Part shown: piece by piece, positions 13,401 to 27,100 of the stretch
Position numbering within the stretch: the first letter of the stretch is position 1
How the letters are laid out: each line of letters starts with the position of its first letter
NCBI GenBank assembly: GCA_964057225.1
Contig: OZ059899.1
Location: 19,468,001 to 19,532,000, forward strand
DNA from: Auanema rhodensis
Lineage: Eukaryota; Animalia; Nematoda
Length of the DNA: 64,000 bases
Reading direction: 5' to 3'
The notes under the pieces: generated by a model
Told to the model about the DNA's origin: nothing
The model's database searches: none
The model's input: the letters and a program-made list of their open reading frames with translations, nothing else
Made by a program: the position numbers and the translations under genes

Positions 13401-16400
13401 AGCGTTTCTCAATGTAGTATAGTGCATTCGATGCGGATTTTTAAGCTGCGTCGATCTGTGTTATCAGATTTGCGCTATCTTTAAAATGCACCGAGATATC
13501 AACTGATATAAGTTCACACTTATATCCTCGATTTTCACCCTGAAAAATTGATTTTTTTGTTGAATAACATTGTCCATCGTCTTTGCCTTGAAAAAAGGAA
13601 TCTAAAAACATCTAATTTTTGTGAAATTATTTCGAAATTTTTAGGTAAAATTTTTGTCAAAATGTTTTTGAAAGCAATGTTGAGTGTACATGGAAACTCA
13701 ACATACACTAATGCATCATTTTTCAAACGATCATGACTAATTTTTGTATTGAGCGTTTCTCAATGTAGTATAGTGCCTTCGATGCGGATTTTTAAGCTGC
13801 GTCGATCTATGTTATCAGATTTGCGCTATCTTTAAAATGCACCGATATATCAACTGATATAAGTTCACACTTATATCCTCGATTTTCACCCTGAAGAATT
13901 AATTTTTTTGTTGAATAACCTTGTCCATCGTCTTCACCTTGAAAAAAGGAATCTAAAAACATCTACTTTTTGTAAAATTATTTTGAAATTTTTAGGGAAA
14001 ATTTTTGTCAAAATGTTTTTGGAAGCAATGTTGAGTGTACATGGAAACTCAACATACACTAATGCATCTTTTTTCAAACGATCATAACTAAGTTTTTTAT
14101 TAAGCGTTTCTCAATGTAGTATAGTGCATTCGATGCGGATTTTTAAGCTGCGTCGATCTGTGTTATCAGATTTGCGCTAGCTTAAAAATGCACCGAGATA
14201 TCAACTGATATAAGTTCACACTTATATCCTCGATTTTCACCCTGAAAAATTGATTTTTTCGTTGAATAACATTGTCCATCGTCTTTGCCTTGAAAAAAGG
14301 AATCTAAAAACATCTACTTTTTGTGAAATTATTCTGAAATTTTCAGAGAAAATTTTTGTCAAAATGTTTTTGGAAGCAATGTTGAGTGTACATGGAAACT
14401 CAACATACACTAATGCATCATTTTTCAAACGATCATAACTAATTTTTGTATTAAGCGTTTCTCAATGTAGTATAGTGCATTCGATGCGGATTTTTAAGCT
14501 GCGTCGATCAGTGTTATCAGATTTGCGCTAGCTTAAAAATGCACCGAGATATCAACTGATATAAGTTTACACTTATATCCTCGATTTTCACCCTGGAGAA
14601 TTAATTTTTTCGTTGAATAACAATGTCCATCGTCTTCGCCTTAAAAAAAAATCTAAAAACATCTACTTTTTGTGAAATTATTTTGAAATTTTTAGGGAAA
14701 ATTTTTGTCAAAATGTTTTTGGAAGCAATGTTGAGTGTACATGGAAACTCAACATACACTAATGCATCATTTTTCGAACGATCATAACTAATTTTTGTAT
14801 TGAGCGTTTCTCAATGTAGTATAGTGCATTCGATGCGGATTTTTAAGCTGCGTCGATCTATGTTATCAGATTTGCGCTAGCTTAAAAATGCACCGAGATG
14901 TCAACTGATATAAGTTCACACTTATATCCTCGATTTTCACCCTGAAAAATTGATTTTTTCGTTGAATAACATTGTCCATCGTCTTTGCCTTGAAAAAAGG
15001 AATCTAAAAACATCTACTTTTTGTGAAATTATTTCGAAATTTTTAGGGAAAATTTTTGTCAAAATGTTTTTGAAAGCAATGTTGAGTGTACATGGAAACT
15101 CAACATACACTAATACATCATTTTTTAAACGATCATAACTAATTTTTGTATTGAGGGTTTCTCAATGTAGTATAGTGCATTCGATGCGGATTTTTAAGCT
15201 GCGTCGATCTGTGTTATCAGATTTGCACTAGCTTAAAAAAGCACCGAGATATCAACTGATATAAGTTCACACTTATATCCTCGATTTTCACCCTGAAGAA
15301 TTAATTTTTTTGTTGAATAACGATGTCCATCGTCTTCGCCTTGAAAAAAGGAATCTAAAAACATCTACTTTTTGTGAAATTATTTCGAAATTTTTAGGGA
15401 AAATTTTTGTCAAAATGTTTTTGGAAGCAATGTTGAGTGTACATGGAAACTCAACATACACTAATACATCATTTTTTGAACGATCATAACTAATTTTTGT
15501 ATTGAGGGTTTCTCAATGTAGTATAGTGCATTCGATGCGGATTTTTAAGCTGCGTCGATCTGTGTTATCAGATTTGCGCTAGCTTGAAAATGCACCGAGA
15601 TATCAACTGATATAAGTTTACACTTATATCCTCGATTTTCACCCTGGAGAATTAATTTTTTCGTTGAATAACAATGTCCATCGTCTTCGCCTTAAAAAAA
15701 AAATCTAAAAACATCTACTTTTTGTGAAATTATTTTGAAATTTTTAGGGAAAATTTTTGTCAAAATGTTTTTGGAAGCAATGTTGAGTGTACATGGAAAC
15801 TCAACATACACTAATGCATCATTTTTCGAACGATCATAACTAATTTTTGTATTGAGCGTTTCTCAATGTAGTATAGTGCATTCGATGCGGATTTTTAAGC
15901 TGCGTCGATCTATGTTATCAGATTTGCGCTAGCTTAAAAATGCACCGAGATGTCAACTGATATAAGTTCACACTTATATCCTCGATTTTCACCCTGAAAA
16001 ATTGATTTTTTCGTTGAATAACATTGTCCATCGTCTTTGCCTTGAAAAAAGGAATCTAAAAACATCTACTTTTTGTGAAATTATTTCGAAATTTTTAAGG
16101 AAAATTTTTGTCAAAATGTTTTTGAAAGCAATGTTGAGTGTACATGGAAACTCAACATACACTAATACATCATTTTTTAAATGATCATAACTAATTTTTG
16201 TATTGAGGGTTTCTCAATGTAGTATAGTGCATTCGATGCGGATTTTTAAGCTGCGTCGATCTGTGTTATCAGATTTGCACTAGCTTAAAAAAGCACCGAG
16301 ATATCAACTGATATAAGTTCACACTTATATCCTCGATTTTCACCCTGAAGAATTAATTTTTTTGTTGAATAACGATGTCCATCGTCTTCGCCTTGAAAAA

Positions 16401-16549
16401 AGGAATCTAAAAACATCTACTTTTTGTGAAATTATTTCGAAATTTTTAGGGAAAATTTTTGTCAAAATGTTTTTGGAAGCAATGTTGAGTGTACATGGAA
16501 ACTCAACATACACTAATACATCATTTTTTGAACGATCATAACTAATTTT

Positions 16550-19500
16550 TGTATTGAGGGTTTCTCAATGTAGTATAGTGCATTCGATGCGGATTTTTAA
16601 GCTGCGTCGATCTGTGTTATCAGATTTGCGCTAGCTTAAAAAAGCACCGAGATATCAACTGATATAAGTTCACACTTATATCCTCGATTTTCACCCTGAA
16701 GAATTAATTTTTTTGTTGAATAACATTGTCCATCGTCTTCGCCTTGAAAAAAGGAATCTAAAAACATCTACTTTTTGTGAAATTATTTCGAAATTTTTAG
16801 GTAAAATTTTTGTCAAAATGTTTTTGAAAGCAATGTTGAGTGTACATGGAAACTCAACATACACTAATGCATCATTTTTCAAACGATCATGACTAATTTT
16901 TGTATTGAGGGTTTCTCAATGTAGTATAGTGCATTCGATGCGGATTTTTAAGCTGCGTCGATCTGTGTTATCAGATTTGCGCTAGCTTAAAAATGCACCG
17001 AGATATCAACTGATATAAGTTCACACTTATATCCTCGATTTTCACCCTGAAAAATTGATTTTTTCGTTGAATAACACTGTCCATCGTCTTTGCCTTGAAA
17101 AAAGGAATCTAAAAACATCTACTTTTTGTGAAATTATTTTGAAAATATCAGGGAAAATTTTTGTCAAAATGTTTTTGGAAGCAATGTTGAGTGTACATGG
17201 AAACTCAACATACACTAATGCATCATTTTTCAAATGATCATGACTAATTTTTGTATTGAGGGTTTCTCAATGTAGTATAGTGCATTCGATGCGGATTTGT
17301 AAGCTGCGTCGATCTGTGTTATCAGATTTGCGCTAGCTTAAAAATGCACCGAGATATCAACTGATATAAGTTCACACTTATATCCTCGATTTTCACCCTG
17401 AAAAATTGATTTTTTCGTTGAATAACATTGTCCATCGTCTTTGCCTTGAAAAAAGGAATCTAAAAACAACTACTTTTTGTGAAATTATTTCGAAATTTTT
17501 AGGGAAAATTTTTGTCAAAATGTTTTTGGAAGCAATGTTGAGTGTACATGGAAACTCAACATACACTAATGCATCATTTTTCAAACGATCATAACTAATT
17601 TTTGTATTAAGCGTTTCTCAATGTTGTATAATGCATTCGATGCGGATTTTTAAGCTGCGTCGATCTATGTTATCAGATTTGCGCTATCTTAAAAATGCAC
17701 CGAGATATCAACTGATATAAGTTCACACTTATAATCTCGATTTTCACCCTGAAGATTTAATTTTTTTGTTGAATAACATTGTCCATCGTCTTCGCCTTGA
17801 AAAAAGGAATCTAAAAACATCTACTTTTTGTGAAATTATTTCGAAATTTTTAGGGAAAATTTTTGTCAAAATGTTTTTGGAAGCAATGTTGAGTGTACAT
17901 GGAAACTCAACATACACTAATACATCATTTTTTAAACGATCATAACTAATTTTTGTATTGAGGGTTTCTCAATGTAGTATAGTGCATTCGATGCGGATTT
18001 TTAAGCTGCGTCGATCTGTGTTATCAGATTTGCGCTAGCTTAAAAAAGCACCGAGATATCAACTGATATAAGTTCACACTTATATCCTCGATTTTCACCC
18101 TGAAGAATTAATTTTTTTGTTGAATAACATTGTCCATCGTCTTCGCCTTGAAAAAAGGAATCTAAAAACATCTACTTTTTGTGAAATTATTTCGAAATTT
18201 TTAGGTAAAATTTTTGTCAAAATGTTTTTGAAAGCAATGTTGAGTGTACATGGAAACTCAACATACACTAATGCATCATTTTTCAAACGATCATGACTAA
18301 TTTTTGTATTGAGGGTTTCTCAATGTAGTATAGTGCATTCGATGCGGATTTTTAAGCTGCGTCGATCTGTGTTATCAGATTTGCGCTAGCTTAAAAATGC
18401 ACCGAGATATCAACTGATATAAGTTCACACTTATATCCTCGATTTTCACCCTGAAAAATTGATTTTTTCGTTGAATAACACTGTCCATCGTCTTTGCCTT
18501 GAAAAAAGAAATCTAAAAACATCTACTTTTTGTGAAATTATTTTGAAATTTTCAGGGAAAATTTTTGTCAAAATGTTTTTGGAAGCAATGTTGAGTGTAC
18601 ATGGAAACTCAACATACACTAATGCATCATTTTTCAAATGATCATGACTAATTTTTGTATTGAGGGTTTCTCAATGTAGTATAGTGCATTCGATGCGGAT
18701 TTTTAAGCTGCGTCGATCTGTGTTATCAGATTTGCGCTAGCTTAAAAATGCACCGAGATATCAACTGATATAAGTTCACACTTATATCCTCGATTTTCAC
18801 CCTGAAAAATTGATTTTTTCGTTGAATAACATTGTCCATCGTCTTTGCCTTGAAAAAAGGAATCTAAAAACAACTACTTTTTGTGAAATTATTTCGAAAT
18901 TTTTAGGGAAAATTTTTGTCAAAATGTTTTTGGAAGCAATGTTGAGTGTACATGGAAACTCAACATACACTAATGCATCATTTTTCAAACGATCATAACT
19001 AATTTTTGTATTAAGCGTTTCTCAATGTTGTATAATGCATTCGATGCGGATTTTTAAGCTGCGTCGATCTATGTTATCAGATTTGCGCTATCTTAAAAAT
19101 GCACCGAGATATCAACTGATATAAGTTCACACTTATAATCTCGATTTTCACCCTGAAGATTTAATTTTTTTGTTGAATAACATTGTCCATCGTCTTCGCC
19201 TTAAAAAAAAGAATCTAAAAACATCTACTTTTAGTAAAATTATTTTGAAATTTTTAGGGAAAATTTTTGTCAAAAAGTTTTTGGAAGCAATGTTGAGTGT
19301 ACATGGAAACTCAACATACACTAATACATCATTTTTTGAACGATCATAACTAATTTTTGTATTGAGGGTTTCTCAATGTAGTATAGTGCATTCGATGCGG
19401 ATTTTTAAGCTGCGTCGATCTGTGTTATCAGATTTGCGCTAGCTTAAAAAAGCACCGAGATATCAACTGATATAAGTTCACACTTATATCCTCGATTTTC

Positions 19501-22200
19501 ACCCTGAAGAATTAATTTTTTTGTTGAATAACATTGTCCATCGTCTTCGCCTTGAAAAAAGGAATCTAAAAACATCTACTTTTCGTGAAATTATTTCGAA
19601 ATTTTTAGGTAAAATTTTTGTCAAAATGTTTTTGAAAGCAATGTTGAGTGTACATGGAAACTCAACATACACTAATGCATCATTTTTCAAACGATCATGA
19701 CTAATTTTTGTATTGAGGGTTTCTCAATGTAGTATAGTGCATTCGATGCGGATTTTTAAGCTGCGTCGATCTGTGTTATCAGATTTGCGCTAGCTTAAAA
19801 ATGCACCGAGATATCAACTGATATAAGTTCACACTTATATCCTCGATTTTCACCCTGAAAAATTGATTTTTTCGTTGAATAACACTGTTCATCGTCTTTG
19901 CCTTGAAAAAAGGAATCTAAAAACATCTACTTTTTGTGAAATTATTTTGAAATTTTCAGGGAAAATTTTTGTCAAAATGTTTTTGGAAGCAATGTTGAGT
20001 GTACATGGAAACTCAACATACACTAATGCATCATTTTTCAAATGATCATGACTAATTTTTGTATTGAGGGTTTCTCAATGTAGTATAATGCATTCGATGC
20101 GGATTTTTAAGCTGCGTCGATCTATGTTATCAGATTTGCGCTATCTTAAAAATGCACCGAGATATCAACTGATATAAGTTCACACTTATAATCTCGATTT
20201 TCACCCTGAAGATTTAATTTTTTTGTTGAATAACATTGTCCATCGTCTTCACCTTGAAAAAAGGAATCTAAAAACATCTACTTTTTGTAAAATTATTTTG
20301 AAATTTTTAGGGAAAATTTTTGTCAAAATGTTTTTGGAAGCAATGTTGAGTGTACATGGAAACTCAACATACACTAATGCATCATTTTTCAAACGATCAT
20401 AACTAATTTTTGTATCAAGCGATTCTCAATGTAGTATAGTGCATTCGAATCGGATTTTTAAGCTGCGTCGATCTGTGTTATCAGATTTGCGCTAGCTTAA
20501 AAAAGCACCGAGATATCAACTGATATAAGTTCACACTTATATCCTCGATTTTCACCCTGAAGAATTAATTTTTTTGTTGAATAACATTGTCCATCGTCTT
20601 CACCTTGAAAAAAGGAATCTAAAAACATCTACTTTTTGTGAAATTATTTCGAAATTTTTAGGGAAAATTTTTGTCAAAATGTTTTTGGAAGCAATGTTGA
20701 GTGTACATGGAAACTCAACATACACTAATACATCATTTTTTGAACGATCATAACTAATTTTTGTATTGAGGGTTTCTCAATGTAGTATAGTGCATTCGAT
20801 GCGGATTTTTAAGCTGCGTCGATCTGTGTTATCAGATTTGCGCTAGCTTAAAAAAGCACCGAGATATCAACTGATATAAGTTCACACTTATATCCTCGAT
20901 TTTCACCCTGAAGAATTAATTTTTTTGTTGAATAACATTGTCCATCGTCTTCGCCTTGAAAAAAGGAATCTAAAAACATCTACTTTTCGTGAAATTATTT
21001 CGAAATTTTTAGGTAAAATTTTTGTCAAAATGTTTTTGAAAGCAATGTTGAGTGTACATGGAAACTCAACATACACTAATGCATCATTTTTCAAACGATC
21101 ATGACTAATTTTTGTATTGAGGGTTTCTCAATGTAGTATAGTGCATTCGATGCGGATTTTTAAGCTGCGTCGATCTGTGTTATCAGATTTGCGCTAGCTT
21201 AAAAATGCACCGAGATATCAACTGATATAAGTTCACACTTATATCCTCGATTTTCACCCTGAAAAATTGATTTTTTCGTTGAATAACACTGTCCATCGTC
21301 TTTGCCTTGAAAAAAGGAATCTAAAAACATCTACTTTTTGTGAAATTATTTTGAAATTTTCAGGGAAAATTTTTGTCAAAATGTTTTTGGAAGCAATGTT
21401 GAGTGTACATGGAAACTCAACATACACTAATGCATCATTTTTCAAATGATCATGACTAATTTTTGTATTGAGGGTTTCTCAATGTAGTATAGTGCATTCG
21501 ATGCGGATTTTTAAGCTGCGTCGATCTGTGTTATCAGATTTGCGCTAGCTTAAAAATGCACCGAGATATCAACTGATATAAGTTCACACTTATATCCTCG
21601 ATTTTCACCCTGAAAAATTGATTTTTTCGTTGAATAACATTGTCCATCGTCTTTGCCTTGAAAAAAGGAATCTAAAAACAACTACTTTTTGTGAAATTAT
21701 TTCGAAATTTTTAGGGAAAATTTTTGTCAAAATGTTTTTGGAAGCAATGTTGAGTGTACATGGAAACTCAACATACACTAATGCATCATTTTTCAAACGA
21801 TCATAACTAATTTTTGTATTAAGCGTTTCTCAATGTTGTATAATGCATTCGATGCGGATTTTTAAGCTGCGTCGATCTATGTTATCAGATTTGCGCTATC
21901 TTAAAAATGCACCGAGATATCAACTGATATAAGTTCACACTTATAATCTCGATTTTCACCCTGAAGATTTAATTTTTTTGTTGAATAACATTGTCCATCG
22001 TCTTCGCCTTAAAAAAAAGAATCTAAAAACATCTACTTTTTGTAAAATTATTTTGAAATTTTTAGGGAAAATTTTTGTCAAAAAGTTTTTGGAAGCAATG
22101 TTGAGTGTACATGGAAACTCAACATACACTAATACATCATTTTTTGAACGATCATAACTAATTTTTGTATTGAGGGTTTCTCAATGTAGTATAGTGCATT
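16550..22200 (+). repeat. 4-mer higher-order repeat (1404 bp) in the left 351-bp arm
   Basis: The rare variant ATAACACTGT occurs at 17071, 18475, 19879 and 21283. The ORF variant series falls at 16691/18095/19499/20903. Boundaries are approximate. Confidence 0.88.
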
Positions 22201-22899
22201 CGATGCGGATTTTTAAGCTGCGTCGATCTATGTTATCAGATTTGCGCTATCTTAAAAATGCACCGAGATATCAACTGATATAAGTTCACACTTATAATCT
22301 CGATTTTCACCCTGAAGATTTAATTTTTTTGTTGAATAACATTGTCCATCGTCTTCGCCTTAAAAAAAAGAATCTAAAAACATCTACTTTTTGTAAAATT
22401 ATTTTGAAATTTTTAGGGAAAATTTTTGTCAAAAAGTTTTTGGAAGCAATGTTGAGTGTACATGGAAACTCAACATACACTAATACATCATTTTTTGAAC
22501 GATCATAACTAATTTTTGTATTGAGGGTTTCTCAATGTAGTATAGTGCATTCGATGCGGATTTTTAAGCTGCGTCGATCTGTGTTATCAGATTTGCGCTA
22601 GCTTAAAAAAGCACCGAGATATCAACTGATATAAGTTCACACTTATATCCTCGATTTTCACCCTGAAGAATTAATTTTTTTGTTGAATAACATTGTCCAT
22701 CGTCTTCGCCTTGAAAAAAGGAATCTAAAAACATCTACTTTTCGTGAAATTATTTCGAAATTTTTAGGTAAAATTTTTGTCAAAATGTTTTTGAAAGCAA
22801 TGTTGAGTGTACATGGAAACTCAACATACACTAATGCATCATTTTTCAAACGATCATGACTATTTTTTGTATTGAGGGTTTCTCAATGTAGTATAGTGC

Positions 22900-25800
22900 A
22901 TTCGATGCGGATTTTTAAGCTGCGTCGATCTGTGTTATCAGATTTGCGCTAGCTTCAAAATGCACCGAGATATCAACTGATATAAGTTCAAACTTATAAT
23001 CTCGATTTTCACCCTGAAGATTTAATTTTTTTGTTGAATAACATTGTCCATCGTCTTCACCTTGAAAAAAGGAATCTAAAAACATCTACTTTTTGTAAAA
23101 TTATTTTGAAATTTTTAGGGAAAATTTTTGTCAAAATGTTTTTGGAAGCAATGTTGAGTGTACATGGAAACTCAACATACACTAATGCATCATTTTTCAA
23201 ACGATCATAACTAATTTTTGTATCAAGCGTTTCTCAATGTAGTATAGTGCATTCGAATCGGATTTTTAAGCTGCGTCGATCTGTGTTATCAGATTTGCGC
23301 TAGCTTAAAAATGCACCGAGATATCAACTGAAATAAGTTAACACTTATATCCTCGATTTTCACCCTGAAGAATTAATTTTTTCGTTAAGTAACATTGTCC
23401 ATCATCTTCGCCTTGAAAATAGGAATCTAAAAACAACTACTTTTTGTGAAATTATTTCGAAATTTTTAGGGAAAATTTTTGTCAAAATGTTTTTGGAAGC
23501 AATGTTGAGTGTACATGGAAACTCAACATACACTAATACATCATTTTTTAAACGATCATAACTAATTTTTGTATTGAGGGTTTCTCAATGTAGTATAGTG
23601 CATTCGATGCGGATTTTTAAGCTGCCTCGATCTGTGTTATCAGATTTGCGCTAGCTTAAAAAAGCACCGAGATATCAACTGATATAAGTTCACACTTATA
23701 TCCTCGATTTTCACCCTGAAAAATTGATTTTTTCGTTGAATAACATTGTCCATCGTCTTTGCCTTGAAAAAAGGAATCTAAAAACAACTACTTTTTGTGA
23801 AATTATTTCGAAATTTTTAGGTAAAATTTTTGTCAAAATGTTTTTGAAAGCAATGTTGAGTGTACATGGAAACTCAACATACACTAATGCATCATTTTTC
23901 AAACGATCATGACTAATTTTTCTATTGAGCGTTTCTCAATGTAGTATAATGCACTCGATGCGGATTTTTAAGCTGCGTCGATCTGTGTTATCAGATTTGC
24001 ACTAGCTTAAAAATGAACCGAGATATCAACTGATATAAGTTCACACTTATATCCTCGATTTTCACCCTGAAAAATTGATTTTTTCGTTGAATAACATTGT
24101 CCATCGTCTTCGCCTTGAAAAAAGGAATCTAAAAACATCTACTTTTTGTGAAATTATCTTGAAATTTTTAGGGAAAATTTTGGTCAAAATGTTTTTGGAA
24201 GCAATGTTGAGTGTACATGGAAACTCAACATACACTAATGCATCATTTTTCAAACGATCATAACTAATTTTTGTATTAAGAGTTTCTCAATGTAGTATAA
24301 TGCATTCGATGCGGATTTTTAAGCTGCGTCGATCTGTGTTATCAGATTTGCGCTAGCTTAAAAATGCACCGAGATATCAACTGATATAAGTTCACACTTA
24401 TATCCTCGATTTTCACATTGAAGAATTAATTTCTTCGTTGAATAACATTGTCCATCGTCTTCACCTTAAAAAAAAAATCTAAAAACATCTACTTTTTGTG
24501 AAATTATTTTGAAATTTTTAGGGAAAATTTTGGTCAAAATGTTTTTGGAAGCAATGTTGAGTGTACATGGAAACTCAACATACACTAATGCATCATTTTT
24601 CAAACGATCATAACTAATTTTTGTATTGAGCGTTTCTCAATGTAGTATAGTGCATTCGATGCGGATTTTTAAGCTGCGTCGATCTGTGTTATCAGATTTG
24701 CGCTAGCTTAAAAATGCACCGAGATATCAACTGATATAAGTTCACACTTATATCCTCGATTTTCACATTGAAGAATTAATTTCTTCGTTGAATAACATTG
24801 TCCATCGTCTTCACCTTGAAAAAAAAATCTAAAAACATCTACTTTTTGTGAAATTATTTTGAAATTTTTAGGGAAAATTTTGGTCAAAATGTTTTTGGAA
24901 GCAATGTTGAGTGTACATGGAAACTCAACATACACTAATACATCATTTTCTAAACGATCATAACTAATTTTTGTATTGAGGGTTTCTCAATGTAATATAG
25001 TGCATTCGATGCGGATTTTTAAGCTGCGTCGATCTGTGTTATCAGATTTGCGCTAGCTTAAAAATGCACCGAGATATCAACTGATATAAGTTCACACTTA
25101 TAATCTCGATTTTCACCCTGAAGATTTAATTTTTTTGTTGAATAACATTGTCCATCGTCTTCACCTTGAAAAAAGGAATCTAAAAACATCTACTTTTTGT
25201 AAAATTATTTTGAAATTTTTAGGGAAAATTTTTGTCAAAATGTTTTTGGAAGCAATGTTGAGTGTACATGGAAACTCAACATACACTAATGCTTCATTTT
25301 TCAAACGATCATAACTAATTTTTGTATCAAGCGTTTCTCAATGTAGTATAGTGCATTCGAATCGGATTTTTAAGCTGCGTCGATCTGTGTTATCAGATTT
25401 GCGCTAGCTTAAAAATGCACCGAGATATCAACTGAAATAAGTTAACACTTATATCCTCGATTTTCACCCTGAAGAATTAATTTTTTCGTTAAGTAACATT
25501 GTCCATCATCTTCGCCTTGAAAAAAGGAATCTAAAAACAACTACTTTTTGTGAAATTATTTCGAAATTTTTAGGGAAAATTTTTGTCAAAATGTTTTTGG
25601 AAGCAATGTTGAGTGTACATGGAAACTCAACATACACTAATACATCATTTTTTAAACGATCATAACTAATTTTTGTATTGAGGGTTTCTCAATGTAGTAT
25701 AGTGCATTCGATGCGGATTTTTAAGCTGCGTCGATCTGTGTTATCAGATTTGCGCTAGCTTAAAAAAGCACCGAGATATCAACTGATATAAGTTCACACT

Positions 25801-27100
25801 TATATCCTCGATTTTCACCCTGAAAAATTGATTTTTTCGTTGAATAACATTGTCCATCGTCTTTGCCTTGAAAAAAGGAATCTAAAAACAACTACTTTTT
25901 GTGAAATTATTTCGAAATTTTTAGGTAAAATTTTTGTCAAAATGTTTTTGAAAGCAATGTTGAGTGTACATGGAAACTCAACATACACTAATGCATCATT
26001 TTTCAAACGATCATGACTAATTTTTCTATTGAGCGTTTCTCAATGTAGTATAATGCACTCGATGCGGATTTTTAAGCTGCGTCGATCTGTGTTATCAGAT
26101 TTGCACTAGCTTAAAAATGAACCGAGATATCAACTGATATAAGTTCACACTTATATCCTCGATTTTCACCCTGAAAAATTGATTTTTTCGTTGAATAACA
26201 TTGTCCATCGTCTTCGCCTTGAAAAAAGGAATCTAAAAACAACTACTTTTTGTGAAATTATTTCGAAATTTTTAGGTAAAATTTTTGTCAAAATGTTTTT
26301 GAAAGCAATGTTGAGTGTACATGGAAACTCAACATACACTAATGCATCATTTTTCAAACGATCATGACTAATTTTTCTATTGAGCGTTTCTCAATGTAGT
26401 ATAATGCACTCGATGCGGATTTTTAAGCTGCGTCGATCTGTGTTATCAGATTTGCACTAGCTTAAAAATGAACCGAGATATCAACTGATATAAGTTCACA
26501 CTTATATCCTCGATTTTCACCCTGAAAAATTGATTTTTTCGTTGAATAACATTGTCCATCGTCTTCGCCTTGAAAAAAGGAATCTAAAAACATCTACTTT
26601 TTGTGAAATTATCTTGAAATTTTTAGGGAAAATTTTGGTCAAAATGTTTTTGGAAGCAATGTTGAGTGTACATGGAAACTCAACATACACTAATGCATCA
26701 TTTTTCAAACGATCATAACTAATTTTTGTATTAAGAGTTTCTCAATGTAGTATAGTGCATTCGATGCGGATTTTTAAGCTGCGTCGATCTGTGTTATCAG
26801 ATTTGCGCTAGCTTAAAAATGCACCGAGATATCAACTGATATAAGTTCACACTTATATCCTCGATTTTCACATTGAAGAATTAATTTCTTCGTTGAATAA
26901 CATTGTCCATCGTCTTCACCTTAAAAAAAAAATCTAAAAACATCTACTTTTTGTGAAATTATTTTGAAATTTTTAGGGAAAATTTTGGTCAAAATGTTTT
27001 TGGAAGCAATGTTGAGTGTACATGGAAACTCAACATACACTAATGCATCATTTTTCAAACGATCATAACTAATTTTTGTATTGAGCGTTTCTCAATGTAG
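22900..27100 (+). repeat. 6-mer duplication (about 2104 bp) in the left 351-bp arm
   Basis: Variants CGAATCGG and CGTTAAGTAAC recur about 2104 bp apart. ORF variants at 23711/25815. Boundaries are approximate. Confidence 0.75.
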